This document shows, piece after piece, positions 47,816 through 61,021 of a DNA stretch of 64,000 bases. Where the stretch lies: NCBI RefSeq assembly GCF_947568905.1, contig NC_079169.1:6758001-6822000 (forward strand), written 5' to 3'. The notes below the pieces were generated by a model. It was not told where the DNA came from and made no database searches. It worked only from the letters and a program-made list of their open reading frames with translations. Position numbers and translations under genes: made by a program. Numbering within the stretch: position 1 is the stretch's first letter; each line of letters begins with the position of its first letter. This stretch comes from Ostrea edulis (lineage: Eukaryota).

Positions 47816-50800
47816 ATGGTAGACATTGAAGCCTACGGATTTTCTGTAGACTTCCAGACTGCAGCCAAAAAGGAACTGACATTCCTAAAAACAATAGACG
47901 AATACCCATCTCTCTATGGAGGACCCGTTCTCAAATATGCCATATTCAGGTCGGTCAAAATACTAGCGTTCCTAACAATTTAAAAGTAAACTTATTTATG
48001 TGAACGTGGACACTTTAAAGGCTTTTTAGGGTATTCATTATAAGGTCTTATCTTTACAGATATGAGAAGTTGTGGTTACCGTTCGCTGCTGAACACAGGG
48101 ATAGGACTCTGTCTGCCCCATTAGACATCGCGTGGGTGTGGCACTGTCATTTACTGGCCCCCGTGGCTTACGTTAACGACTGTGCGCGGGTATGTAACAC
48201 GGAAATCGACCACAGCCTGACGCCCCAAGTGGACCGCGCTGACACGGAGCAACTGTGGTCAAAGAAATACCCAGGTATTAATTTCAATATCAACCTTGTT
48301 GAAACCGGAGTTAAACCCCCTTCATACGAAAGCCACATTCAATATGACTTAGAGAAAGCAGCTGAAAGACAGAGATCTTTCTTTTATCAAGTTTCTCTAC
48401 CCCATTACAATGATGAAAAGTTTGTTCAAAATGCTATTACGCGGTACAGGCATTTCTTAACATTAAAACGTCTTAATCCAGAATCTTTTGTTGTTCCGTG
48501 TTATGACGTGGATTTAATTTGGCATTCACATCAAGTTCACCCGGCAGCTTACAAGAGAGACACAGAAACCACATTAGGAAAACTTTTCAATCATGACGAT
48601 TCCGTTAACGACAGAAGCGAAGGCTCCAAGCTCAATGTGTCCGATAAAGAAACGCGCATGTTATGGCGGGAAGCTTTCGGAACAAACTTTTCAGAATTCG
48701 GTGCCATGTACAGGGGACTTCCTGCAAAGGGCCGTATGTTCACAGTTCCCGATGAAGTGATTGACCAATACTGTTCCAAAAATGTTGAATTTCAACTGAA
48801 CAATGCAGAACTTTTGGATTATACATCAGCGCTGAAAGTTCATCAACTGAAACTGAGTGCCGTGTTCAGGAATGGAGTCGATATCGAGCTTTTAAAGCTG
48901 AAGAAACCCATCAAGGGCATGTGGAGTGTGTCCACTCACAACATACCAATGTACGATATCGATACAGAGATGATTGACGTCATCAGTGTCGAACTCTTCA
49001 AGTATGGGGCGCTGGGGAAGCTGGGCAGCAAGACTTTAGTTGGTGAGGGTAGAATAGGTTGCAGAGAATTGGTGAAAAATTGTAGAAATAGTTCGTCAAA
49101 CGTATCCTCAACTGTGCGTTTATCTAACGGGGAGTCAATTCACCTAAATCACACCGTCCGGATTACCAAAACTAAAGACTGCTCATTAAAGATGGAGGCA
49201 GGAAACTTTGAATCGGCCGTCATTCCTGAGCAAAGCGAGAGTCTTTGGGGACCAGTTCCTCTACCACGCCTTCCAGAGGGAGTAGAAAACAAGTGTTCTG
49301 TGGCGAATCACAGGTATATGATAAACGCATGCCAGAATCTAAAACATTTTCCATGCGTTATCGCATTTCAGTTGTTATTTTTAATTTCTTATCTTTTTTG
49401 TCGCACAGAATACGAAATTTGGCTGGAGAAGTGATGTTCACTGCACGCGTTATACACAGTTTACCGTTGATGACGTCAGTAGTTCAAGTGTTCTATCACG
49501 ATAAGTTGAGTGTCGTCTGTCACCTGATAGGTCCTGATACTCTACCAACACCAGCACAGGTTTTCTCCTGTTTTCTTCTTATATTACATTATTGTATCGT
49601 GCTGAATTTGCACATTTCCTGAAAACTGCAAGTTATATATTTTTTATGTAAATGATTTACGTTAGGTCCAGACCTCGACCGAGAATCCTGCAATTACTCT
49701 CTCACCACAAGATGGAGAACGAGCAATGATGATAAAAAACAACGATGGTGACTGGGCGATATTAATTGGACGTTGGACAGGGATAAGAAAGGGCGTGCCA
49801 GGGGTTAGAGGTAAATGAATCGCAGTTGTAACAATGATTTGATCGATCTAAAACTGGGCCTGTATTTGAGCAATTTTAATATTTTGTATTTTAGCAACCA
49901 AATACTCAAAAGGAAGGGCTCCTGTACGTGGTAGTCCTGGTCATTTACAGGTTACAATGTACAGGTTACCAACAGGAGATTGTTCAACATTTGTGCTTGA
50001 CAGTGAAAAGTTCCATTACTATGATTACACTGTCAAATTCCACGGTTTTGAAGCAGACTTTTCCAAATGTAAAATCAACATTTCGCCAACAGATGGAGCT
50101 GAAAATCTCGCTTTGGTATTTTGTATCAGTGTTATGCAAGTGCTGTGTCAGCCAAGACCAAGAGATTGGGAACCAGTTGAGGAGACTAGTTCAGACACGC
50201 CTTCGTATGTAAGCAAGAAGAGAGAATTTCCCACGGACAAACTAGCAATGGTGATGGCTTTTGGGTTTCTAGTTTCTACCCCATCCAATCATCTCTTGCG
50301 GAGGCACCACAAGAAAAAGAAGGAGAACCAGGATAAGTCGCACGTGACTCCCGTTTATGGAGGTGGAACAGTAAGTGAATCGGATTCAACGCATTGGTGT
50401 GATAATCCTGCTGAAGACGCACATGTGTACGATGACGAGGACAATGGAGATGACCAAGAGGTGGATCAGTGGGAGGCAGCAATGTTCTGCGTGAGAGAAG
50501 AAGATCTGATGGATGCTGATGGAGACGACTGTAATACGGACACCGCAGACGGTGACCCGGGTGAATGTGGTGGTTGCGGTGGGTGCGGAGGAAGTGACGG
50601 GATGTGGGGAGGAGATGAGGGAGGGGACGGTGGTGGATGGGGTGGGGATTCTGGAGGGGGATGGGGAGATGATGGAGGTGGTGGTGATGGAGGGGGTGGG
50701 GATGGAGGGGGTGGGGATGGAGGAGGGTGGGGTGGTGATGGAGGGGGAGGGGATGGAGGAGGGTGGGGAGGCGATTCAGGGGGAGGGGATGGTGGTGGTG

Positions 50801-50844
50801 GTGGAGGAGGAGATGGGGGAGGGTGTGGTGGATGTGGAGGTTGA
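47816..50844 (+). CDS. Glycine-rich domain-containing protein, GRDP/DUF1399 family (877 aa, 5 coding exons)
   Basis: Exons 47816-47949, 48060-49313, 49409-49559, 49666-49810, 49895-50844; 2634 nt in frame. Two DUF1399-type repeats (LDIAWVWHCHLLAPVAY; YDVDLIWHSHQVHPAAY, HDDSVNDR), a C2-like segment, and an acidic Gly/Trp tail with CGGCGG motifs. Confidence 0.9.
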
Positions 50845-51477
50845 GCGTTGACGTCATGTTTTTAATGTTTGAAAAAGGTATTTACATTCTTGCTCATTTG
50901 CTTAAATATGTCTTCGAAAACTGCGAGTTAGTATTTATTTTTCTTAATGAAACTCAAGTTAGTTAATTTGAACACTTTTGATAAGATACACAAAAAATTA
51001 GTATTACTAATATTTATACTAACAGATTTTTGAAGAAACCATGTTAATTAATTAATTCTTTTTTCCCCACAATCCATAAGACCGTACTGTAAGCAAGTTA
51101 TGTAATCCAGGAATTGATGTAAGGGATTCTTCCGTTTTATTAATCGTGATGTCACATTCGAAGTGCGTCATATTTTAAAATTGGGAAATAATTTGTTGAT
51201 GACTAAGAAAATATAGAGATAGCGATAATATGTTTTGTTTTTGTGCTTCGCCCTTCTGGATGTGGCGTTGCAGATTGCCACATGCACTTTCAGACATTCA
51301 GGAATTAGTACTTGTTCTGATGACGAAATTGCATGGTAATTATGATATCCAGTTTTGGAATGAATTGACAGTGAGTGTGTATTTTTTTATGTTCTCTTAA
51401 TATAATAAAAAAAATTCTAAATAGATTTTTTATGAAACAAGCACCAGTATGTCTAGAAAAACAGGAGCAGGTTTTAC

Positions 51478-52140
51478 ATAGACAGTCAGTAGCAAACTGT
51501 ATATAGACAGTTAGTATCGAGCTATATATACAGGCAGAGAACAGACTATATATAGACAGTCAGCAGACTGCTTATAGACAGCAGCAGGCTGTATGAAGAC
51601 AGTCAGCAACAGGCTGCTTATAGACAGTCAATAGGCTGTATATAGATTGTCAGTAGGCTGGATATAGACAGTAAGTAGGCTGTATATAGACAGTGAGCAA
51701 CAGGCTGCTTATAGACAGTCAGTAACAGGCTGTATATAGACAGTCAGTAGGCTGCATATAGACAGGCATCATGCTGTATATAGACAGTCAGTAGGATGTA
51801 TATAGACAGTTAGCAGCAGGCTGCATATAGACGGGCAGTAGGCTGTATATAGACAGTCAGCAACAGGCTGCTTATAGACAGTTAGCAGCAGACTGCATAT
51901 AGACAGTCAGTAGGTTGTATATAGACAGTCAGTAGGCTGTATATAGACAGTCAGAAACATGCTGTATATAGACAGTCAATAGGCTGTATATAGACAGTCA
52001 GCAACAGGCTGCTTATAGACAGTCAGCAACAGACTGTATATAGACAGTCAGTAGGGTGTATATAGACAGGCAGCAGGCTGTATATACACAGTCAGTAGGC
52101 TGTATATAGACAGTCAATAGGCTGTATATAGACAGGCAAT
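51478..52140. repeat. 22/25-bp minisatellite
   Basis: Units TATATAGACAGTCAGTAGGCTG and CTTATAGACAGTCAGCAACAGGCTG. Confidence 0.9.
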
Positions 52141-53899
52141 GCTCATACCGTATTTGGACACAGCAGCAGGCGGTATTCATACAACAACTAGTTTGTAGTA
52201 GATAAACAATAGTCAGGTTGAATCGATGTATTTGTAACTGATACATGTAGTTATAATCTTTCAGATATTAATGTTATCGATGAACTATTCCTCTCATTGA
52301 TATGAGATTCTTTTTTGCTTTTTCATGTCAGATCATTGAATAACATTGTCTATGTATATTACTTAGTCATATGAGTTTTTATAGTAGTATTTGATAAAAG
52401 CTAAAATAAGGAACATATTGATTATTGTTTTATGTACTCACCGTACAATATGCATGCATATGATACATGTAATAAATAAAAAGTAATGTAAGCTACATAG
52501 AGATCAGCCAGATTTCCTTTATTTGCTGTTCACTTTGACAGTGGTTGTTGCAGTGGTGGATTTCTTCATAAGCAACATGTTCCGTCTTGTCGCACTGAAA
52601 CCTGTGTGCCTCAAAGGATAGGACATGCATTATGTAATTTCATAGAGAAGTCCTGATGATCAGTACGGTATTGTCAGTGGGGTGTTAAGGACTGTTAGAA
52701 GATTAGATGGATTAAAATTCATGTTGATTGTAAAGGATTGCCAGTAGGTGAATGCATTTTGAGGGGATAAAGTTTCTTTGAAATTTTAGATACATTTCGT
52801 TTTGATGTGCTTCTGTGTAACGTTGGAAACTGTTGAACCACTTGGAGTATGACTGAAAGCAAACAAAAAGTTCTACCATAGGAAAGCAGGCAACCTGGAA
52901 TGAATTTTTTTTTCTTTTTTCTAATTCATAATTCCTGCGTACTGGAATTTCCATTTTAATTTGAAATTGTATACAATGGAAATTGCATATCACTTGTTCG
53001 TCTTTGTACACCGTTTGATGAATCGTTTAGGAAAGTATTCTCCGCGAAGTGGCGAAGTTATAACGAAATTATCCTTGTAGAAAGAAAAAAAATGAATATT
53101 AAGTTGATGGGACTTTAAAAAAAGGATTAATAGGAATAGACCAGTAAAAATGACACAAGCTGACGAGAACGATTTGTGATTGAGGTCTTCCTTGTTACTC
53201 TTACTCGCTTCGAATCTCTTTAGTGATATGACATAATCCGGTGCATAGCAGATGGAATACCGGTGAGGGTAAATATAGTATACCAATGATACCTAAGGAA
53301 TTTAGTGAATGATTTCTAGGTTCTTTTATTTGGCATGGATCGCCATGTGAGCTCCTAGCGATTGTCTCTCATTAATGAAAATAGATAAAACATTTTATGC
53401 AATAGGGAAAGATTCAAAGGATGAGTTATTTCAATGTCACTGACTGAATTATATATCGAAGGGAATGCTTCTGGTAAAATGACGACATTGAGGGCGGTGA
53501 CGGTGTGTGGATAGTATTACAATGAAGGGGTACCGGGATATGAGTAAAGTTTCTGAGATTATTAGTATCATCAAGACAGAATTTGTCAGCAGGGTGTTCC
53601 TCTCCTCAATGTGGTCTGCAATAACTGCTCTCATATTTTCCCCTTGTGAATGTCATGTCTCTAATGAATTCCTACCAGTCCATTAACCCTTGCCTAATAA
53701 GCTCATATAAGTAACATATAGGTACTGTAAGTGTAAATTATAGAACAATGCAAAGGACAGCAAGAGACGGTGCGTTTGGATGTGAATTTTCCACTTCTAT
53801 CCAATTTATGATTTACAATATCACACATACAGTACGCAATACAACAGTACTCTATACAGAGTTGTCAACAAGTAAGTCCCACATTGATATCATGTGACA

Positions 53900-54030
53900 C
53901 CAAGCAGTTATTCTCCAAGTAAACACCAAGTAGTTATTCTCCAAGTAAACACCAAACGGTTATTCTCCAAATAAAGACCAAGGAGTTATTTTCCAAGTAA
54001 ATACCAAAACGGCTGTTCTCCAAGTAAAAT
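53900..54030. repeat. 26-bp tandem repeat (~5 units)
   Basis: GTTATTCTCCAAGTAAACACCAA-type units. Confidence 0.8.
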
Positions 54031-54329
54031 AACTAAGGTTGCGTAAAACATCAAAAGCTTTACAATTCATAACCATAAACAGTTATCTGACACAATCATG
54101 TTGAAAAGAAGACAATTTATTGAAATGATGGAAAAAAAGATTTTCTCTTGAAAGTGCATTATATGGAATTGATGAATGAAATACATTTCACATTTTATTT
54201 ATTTCAAATCACAATGCAGACAGCGTCTTTCATAACGTGATATTCCAAAATAGGTACCCTTTTCAATTATCAGTTTACACGAAGAAATTTTAAATTTTGT
54301 GAAGTTATTCCTATGTTAATTTTTTTTAC

Positions 54330-55340
54330 AATAACGAAACCTATAAATATGGTTCCAAAACAAAGTTATGTATAATTGTACCATATAACATGTGTCGAAC
54401 TTTCCACTCAAGGATAGTTCATCTTTCCTCTTGAACCAGTTTTCCAAAAAAAATAAGATTTAAGAAGCTATTTGCATTGTGCTTTGAAAGGAGGTGTAAA
54501 TGCATTCAAGTGGGACTGCATATTTGGAATTGACTGTCTGACCATACCAATTCTATAATATATTTGGGGAGATCATTAATAAAGATTTTGAATAGGTATG
54601 GACTTAGATTGTCTCCCTGTTTAACGCCCAACTTGATAGGGAATGTTTCAGTTAATTCAAATGTTACATTGAATACATGACCTACTAATATTGTACATGC
54701 TTATAACAACACTGTAGAATTATGAGCCAACATAAATTTTATTAGATTGAAATTTATACTCTAATGTATGACTGCATTAAATACCTTTCTAAAGCCGATA
54801 AAACAAGGATACAATCGCCCTTCTTTCTGAGAACTATATGTATAAGATTCCATCAGTGTTCGTAAAATAAACCTGTGGCCCGATGTTCTTCCATTATTTT
54901 TTTTTAGAAAATGCTATCTGACAATCCTTAATGATATTGTTTTTCTGCCAAACATATTTTAAGGTTTCTTTTTAATATGCTAGCTATCAATTAATTTTCG
55001 AATTGCAAATGTAATTATTATACAACGATAATTGTTTGTGTTGTTGGTGTTCTAAATTTATGCAAACAGTTATCTATCCTTCACCCATGATTTACGGTAT
55101 GATCCATGTGACAAAACAAGTTAACGAAGAAGAGCATTATGACCATATTTAATCATAATTTCAGATTCTATTTAACCCTGGTGATTTGCTGCACTTCAAT
55201 TTAGATAGAGCCTCAGATATTTCTGCTGAACGTATAAGAAAGTCTAGTTCATAGAAGGAAATGCTATTCCCCATCAATGAGACTTTCTGTTGCAACTGAA
55301 ATAATCCGTTCAGATAAGACTCATCAACTTGATTCAATCT
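54330..55340 (-). mobile_element. Decayed LINE reverse transcriptase
   Basis: Minus strand EISEALSKLKCSKSPG (~55150-55230) and LGVKQGDNLSPYLFKIFINDLP (~54570-54640). Confidence 0.75.
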
Positions 55341-55349
55341 TACTAGGAT

Positions 55350-57430
55350 GAAAGGTGAAGATAACGAACAGTGATCAATTTCATAACTCCTATAAGCAAT
55401 ACAAAATAGAGGATTGATCAAACACGGACCCCTGGACACACCAGAGGTAGGATCAGGTGCCTAGGAATAAGCATCCCCTGTCGACCAGTCACACCCGCCG
55501 TGAGCCCTATAAACGTAAACGGAGTTATCCGTTGTCAAAAATAGTGTGCCAAGAATAGCCTAACAATCGGCATGAAACACGTCAGACAGCTTTGACCCAG
55601 ATAGGTTGTATTGGCAGACTAGATCATTATAACGACCATAGAATTTGTGAAATGCTGACTTTAAACGAGACTGTTGAACCCCCTGTAACATCAACGTCAG
55701 GCAGTAGCCTGACCCGATTTAAAAACTGATCACACGCAGAACAAGCTATTGCTTATCGAATCGGGTGAGAAATTTGAGAAATATAAACGCCATGTGCAGG
55801 TGATAAAGGAATACATCTACAGAGATATGGGAAGTTGACGATGGAGAAACTGAAACGTTTGAAGTTTGTCCTAAAGTTGAATAGTTAGTTTGCCGTTAAT
55901 TTTCATTTTTAATAAAATATCTAAGTACGAATCTGATATGGAGGACTCTGTGGTGTCTTATTCCGAGTTCACAGGGATATATCGAATCGATATATGAATG
56001 AAAATGGTTATTGTTAAAGAGATGCGTCGTCGATATATCTAAATGTCGAGTTGAAGGTCACAGCAAGAAATTGTTTATTCTCAGGTGGAAGGTTTTGAAA
56101 AAACTCTGCATCATAAGAATATAATTTCAGGTCAGCTAACAAAGGAGCACAATTCGTACGATCAGGTGCCTAAGGGAAATAAACATCCCCTGTCGACCTG
56201 TCACAACTGCCGTGACCCCTATATCTTAATCAGGTAAACGGAGCTATATAAAAACAGGTCAGTTAACAAAGGAGCACAATTTATGCCCATTGGAATTCCA
56301 ACAAACTGTTGGAAGACCTGATCAGCAAAGACTACGAAGATATTGCGAATGAGGAACTTCAGGAAATTTTTTATTTTAAGTTCATAGTACCTCTGCATCA
56401 TTTAACAAAAATGACTGATCACTAGCTATACATATTTCCGTTTTTGTTGAAGAAGCCACTGTCTATGATGTCAAAACGTCTAGTCTTTAATTTATCGTGT
56501 GGAATGGTTATGTAAAATGTTGAAAAGTCATACATTTTGATGTTGTTGATTTGAAAAAGGTTTGCGATTTCAAATTTATTAAAAGTCCTTTAAAATTGTG
56601 TAGAATCCACCTTTGATTTACACAACTTCTGGCATATGTCGTGGCACAGTACGTTTAAAGTTTCTCCTTCACAGCTGTTAATATTTTCGTGAGGAGCAAA
56701 GATAGGGGCTTGACAGAACATTAACTGGATCCAGCAATGTATCTTTGTTTGTAAGGGTTCTTATGATGTTTAGGAATCCAGTATAGCTACAGTAACTCAT
56801 ATTTATCTACCCCATTGTCTGGAATATTAAATGTGTTTGAAACTAAAACATGGTTTTGGAGAATTTCAACTTTTGAAAGGACAGTTGGAGTATAAGTGCG
56901 ATTACCAAATGTGGAATTAATGCCAAATTTCTGAATTTCTATTGTTTTTGCCAAGCAGAGTATTGATAAAATTCCAATCATCTTCACAAGTGAAGGGTTA
57001 TTGATTCGTTACCTCGATCTTGATTTGTGAAGATGGATTCCAGTGTGCTTTTAGTTTATCTTCATTTAAAGTATGTAGGTCCTCTACATAGGATTGCTTA
57101 TGTTATTTTCAATTATATCTAAAGAGCTTGGCAAATTGCTTTCTAAGTTTGAAAAATCTACCCCTTACAACTGGATTTCTAGGAAATTGGTACATTATTT
57201 TAGCAACATCAATCAAACTATATCGGAAATGTAAGCTCCCATCAAACTATTTTTTCTGTTTTTGTTAGTTTTGGATTTTGATTTATTTTTGTTTTGAATG
57301 CAGCATTTTTCAGAATATTTTAAAGTCTATTGAGTTTTCAATACCAAAATTGGCTAAATCAGACAGAATTTGTTGCAGACCATATTAAGCAAGGTTCGAT
57401 TGATCTGGGCACATGTCCTATGGCATTTAT
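55350..57430 (-). mobile_element. Penelope-like element remnant(s): RT plus duplicated 3' ends
   Basis: YWIP.HH, FQQ.VGIPMG.NCAPLL, YIDD (~56025-56040); conserved 3' terminus at 55350-55560 and again at ~56158-56250. Confidence 0.85.
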
Positions 57431-58445
57431 TTGTTTCTATAACACAACTTGCTGATATTTCCCAAATGTAGCAAACAATGTCAATCAGATAACGTGGGGT
57501 GGAAGTAGTATGATTTAAAATGCTCTCTTATACAATCACATAATCAAGTACATTTGTACCATGTATGCATGTGTATATATGATTGTACAAATGTATGTGT
57601 GTGTGTGTATGCAAGTAAATTTACGTTATAAATATGTAAATGTTATCATGTATTTAAAAAAAAAAAAGAATTTTATTGCTGAAATTGTACATGCCGCCCG
57701 AGGACCCTTGATCGGTGAATGAATAAATATATAAATAATGTGTTTTAAGACATCACCAGGTACCATCAACATTATATATACAAAAACGTCTTTCCAAGGA
57801 CCTAGACGTACAATTCCTCTATCAATTTCACGTCTGCATGCATCGTAAAATCCCTTAGCATGAAAAGTGATGTCACACACAATAGAAGAGCCTCGGTTGC
57901 TCACGAGACAAGATAGAATCAAATAACTATTTGGACTTCATCGCAGTAGCCGCAGTGGTTTCCGAGGCTTCGCTATCCCGACATTAGCGGCTGAATGTCA
58001 ATCTTCTCTTCACTGTGGATCATTGATCAGGCTGTAAGAGCAATTTGTTTATAATCAGGCAAATAGGTCAAGATGGCGGAACACAGATAGATCACTCAGG
58101 TATGTAAAACTACTTACTTTATTTAAGGAAAGAAGTGTTGTAAAATTATCATTAAGTATAATGTCATGTATATATGATTTTTGATATATAGGATGCGTTT
58201 ATGTTATGAGTGCTGAATATGCTATGATACACATGATAACATACTTAAAGCACATATGTGACATCGGTATTTGTTATTGCATGAAATAAATATTTACACT
58301 TTTATAGATAGCAATCATTAAATACAGGGACGGAGAGGTGTACATAGATCTTGACTGTTAGAAATGCTGATATTGTTGAATGTTCATGTGTTTCTCATTC
58401 TCTAAAGGGACATTGACCTTATTTTCAACATGATAACGACCAAGA

Positions 58446-61021
58446 ATGCAAAACAATGCTACGGGTGTAATTGAAGTCAATAACGGCTCTGTTTCACGTA
58501 GTGGTGAGTTTTAATGCTTGTCTGATTTTTTTGGGGGGTATATATATATATTTCATTTTAATCATATCGGACTGTCACTACTTGATCCTACACAATAGGT
58601 CATACGAGGTTGGCGTCAATGTTCTGTATTTTGCTCTTGCAGTGATATCAGGTGTAACTACGACATTATCTGTGACAACGACAGCACGTTCACCTTTCCC
58701 GCCAGACTTCTACGATCCTCCTTATCAGAGTAAGATTCCACAATCGACAAGGCCATTTTTTCTCTATCTGTTGTATATAAATGAGCTGGTGTTAGATAAG
58801 AATGTACGTTTGTTTGCACCTTTTGTCGTAACAAGAAATACATATGTAAATTATTTATCGTACATTTTATTTATTTGTGGTGAAGTTAATCTGTGTGGAA
58901 TTGTATTTATCACAGTGCCATTTAATATAAAGAAACGAAAACATGACGTCATTTCATCTATGTTTGATTATTGTACATCAAAACAAATCATTATCAAAAC
59001 TTATCATGGTTGAATAAAAGAGTAATTGAGACTCTGATCTATGACGTTATGGGTATGTCTGTGTATATAGGGAGAACTGTGTCTCCTTACAGAATATGAC
59101 GAGGAAGGAACGATCCACTTGGTGGCAGTGGTGTCCAGCATTATCGTATTTATAGGACTCATATTTACCATCAAATCTATCATTGGTTTCATCAGATCTC
59201 CTCGCAGACTCAACCAGAACTCTAGCAGTAAGTATCGGAATGATTAATTCAAATCTTTGTAGTTTTTTCTTCATGAAATGTACACGTTTTTATTTTCAAA
59301 AATAAATAAATAGATAAATAGAATAGAATGAAATAGAAATAAGAAAGATTGAGATGCAGACAAATCGGTGAGCATTGTTATACATGTATTATCAAATTTC
59401 AATATTTATGTGTTCAATTTCATGAAGGGAAAACAACCTGCACAGTTTATTAAAACAATGTTTTGAAATATTCTAAGTTTACAGTTGTCTATATGTGAAC
59501 TAGTCGATACCAAATTGTGAACCTAATATTATATCTTCCTATACATTTCTATATAAATGAATATAATCCTCTCAAATGTTTCATGCATTAGCAAATGTCA
59601 CAGACAGTTTCTCTGTACATATTGTCAATCATAAATGTACATAAATATAAACAATCAGTAATTGTGGTGGGATACAGATTTTTACTTGACATTTCATAAT
59701 GACCGTTTTGATGTAAGTCTACCTTTAACATAGAAGACTATAGTTGGGAGCTTTTTGGTTCCACGACGTCACATCCGTTTGTATGTTTGTTAGTGACCTT
59801 TGATACGTTAAAGTAGAGTAATTGATATATTGAATTTGTTGGCTGGGTATGCATGTCTGCCTATGCTGTGTGATATATTGAATATGTTGGCTGGGTCTGC
59901 TTATGCCGTGTGATATATTGAATATATTGGCTGGGTCTGCCTATGCCGTGTGATATATTGAATATTTTGGCTGGGTATGCATGTCTGCCTATTCCGTGTG
60001 ATATGGTATATTGTATTCTCTTTAGAGAAGTCGAGAGGCATATCCTTCATCGACTTCTCTTCGCAAGCATTCATATTTTGATTCTGGAAAACGTGTAAAT
60101 GCCGGAGTCGGTGACGGTTTATGCTTCGACCGACGTTTCGACTCAGATGTACCTGGATTTACGCAATAGACAACTTGTTTTCAAACATTTAGCAGTAATG
60201 CACAAAACCGTCACAAGGAAATCAACACTTACTTGCTTTTAAACCATTTTCAACATGTCCCCTGTCCCGGGTTTAAATCACAACTCTGTTTACTTTCTCT
60301 TAACTGGTCCCCTATTTTGACAACCCCCAAGACCAGTTAACGTAAATTACATTTACACGTTTTCCAGAATCAAAATATAAATGCTTGCAAAGAGAAGTCG
60401 ATGAAGGCTATGCCTCTCGACTTCTCTAAAGAGAATAGGTATATTGAATATTTTGACTGGGTATGCATGTCTGCCTATGCCGTGTGATATATTGAATATG
60501 TTTGCTTGGTATGCATGTCTGCCTATGTTGTGTGATATCGGACAGAGTCAGTCTATTAAATCTTTTGAATTCTCTGCTTTGTTTTATCAGATGATGTTCG
60601 GCCAGGTCCCTCCTTCCTTCGTTGGCTCGCTGATGATCCTCCCCCATATCCGGGAAAATATTCCCGGACGAACGTAAACTACCTCCCATCCTATGAATCC
60701 GCACTAGAAATTGAGAGAGAACGCCAACGAGCACGTGAAGCGGAGAATAACAGTACGAGGGATGCTATACAAAGAGCACTTGAGTCTGCGGAAGAGGCTA
60801 GCACTAGTGGTAGTGATGCGGTGCCTAGCACTAGTGGCAGTGACGCGGTGGTGTTTACGGTGGCAGGGGACAGTGAAACGTCTTTGGATAACCGTTTGAA
60901 TGCAGACGGTGATATACAAGGGGCTATTGGGGGCTCCTTTACGGGTCCTGCAGTGGAAAACCACATAGAGACAGAGACCGACCTGGAGGTCCAAAGTTAT
61001 CATTCTCAGACTTTTCTGTGA
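58446..61021 (+). CDS. Orphan single-pass membrane protein with PPxY/LPxY and C-terminal PDZ-binding motifs (236 aa)
   Basis: Exons 58446-58503, 58643-58729, 59093-59227, 60591-61021; 711 nt in frame. N-terminal NAT/NGS sequons and Thr-rich stalk, TM LVAVVSSIIVFIGLIFTIKSIIGFI, basic SPRR, PPPY, LPSY, ends QTFL. Likely non-coding exon ending 58099 with CAAGATGGCGG motif. The start codon is inferred. Confidence 0.75.
59823..60537. repeat. 48/39-bp minisatellite split by a MITE
   Basis: Unit TGATATATTGAATATGTTGGCTGGGTATGCATGTCTGCCTATGCTGTG on both sides of 60014-60437. Confidence 0.85.
60014..60437. mobile_element. Mutator/foldback-type MITE with ~85-bp TIRs and 9-bp TSD
   Basis: TIR TATTCTCTTTAGAGAAGTCGAGAGGCATA...GGAAAACGTGTAAATG; TSD GGTATATTG at 60005-60013 and 60438-60446. 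Confidence 0.88.

Noticed and set aside
49314-49434. Last 40 aa of ORF 48070-49434
   Set aside because: Intron read-through; donor at 49313/49314 and acceptor at 49408/49409 restore the family-like frame.
50276-50966. His/Pro-rich antisense ORF and alternative-frame ORFs
   Set aside because: Shadows of the G-rich GRDP tail, with no independent splice or start context.
58471-59013. 180-aa ORF
   Set aside because: Mostly intronic; only 58643-58729 is a supported exon.
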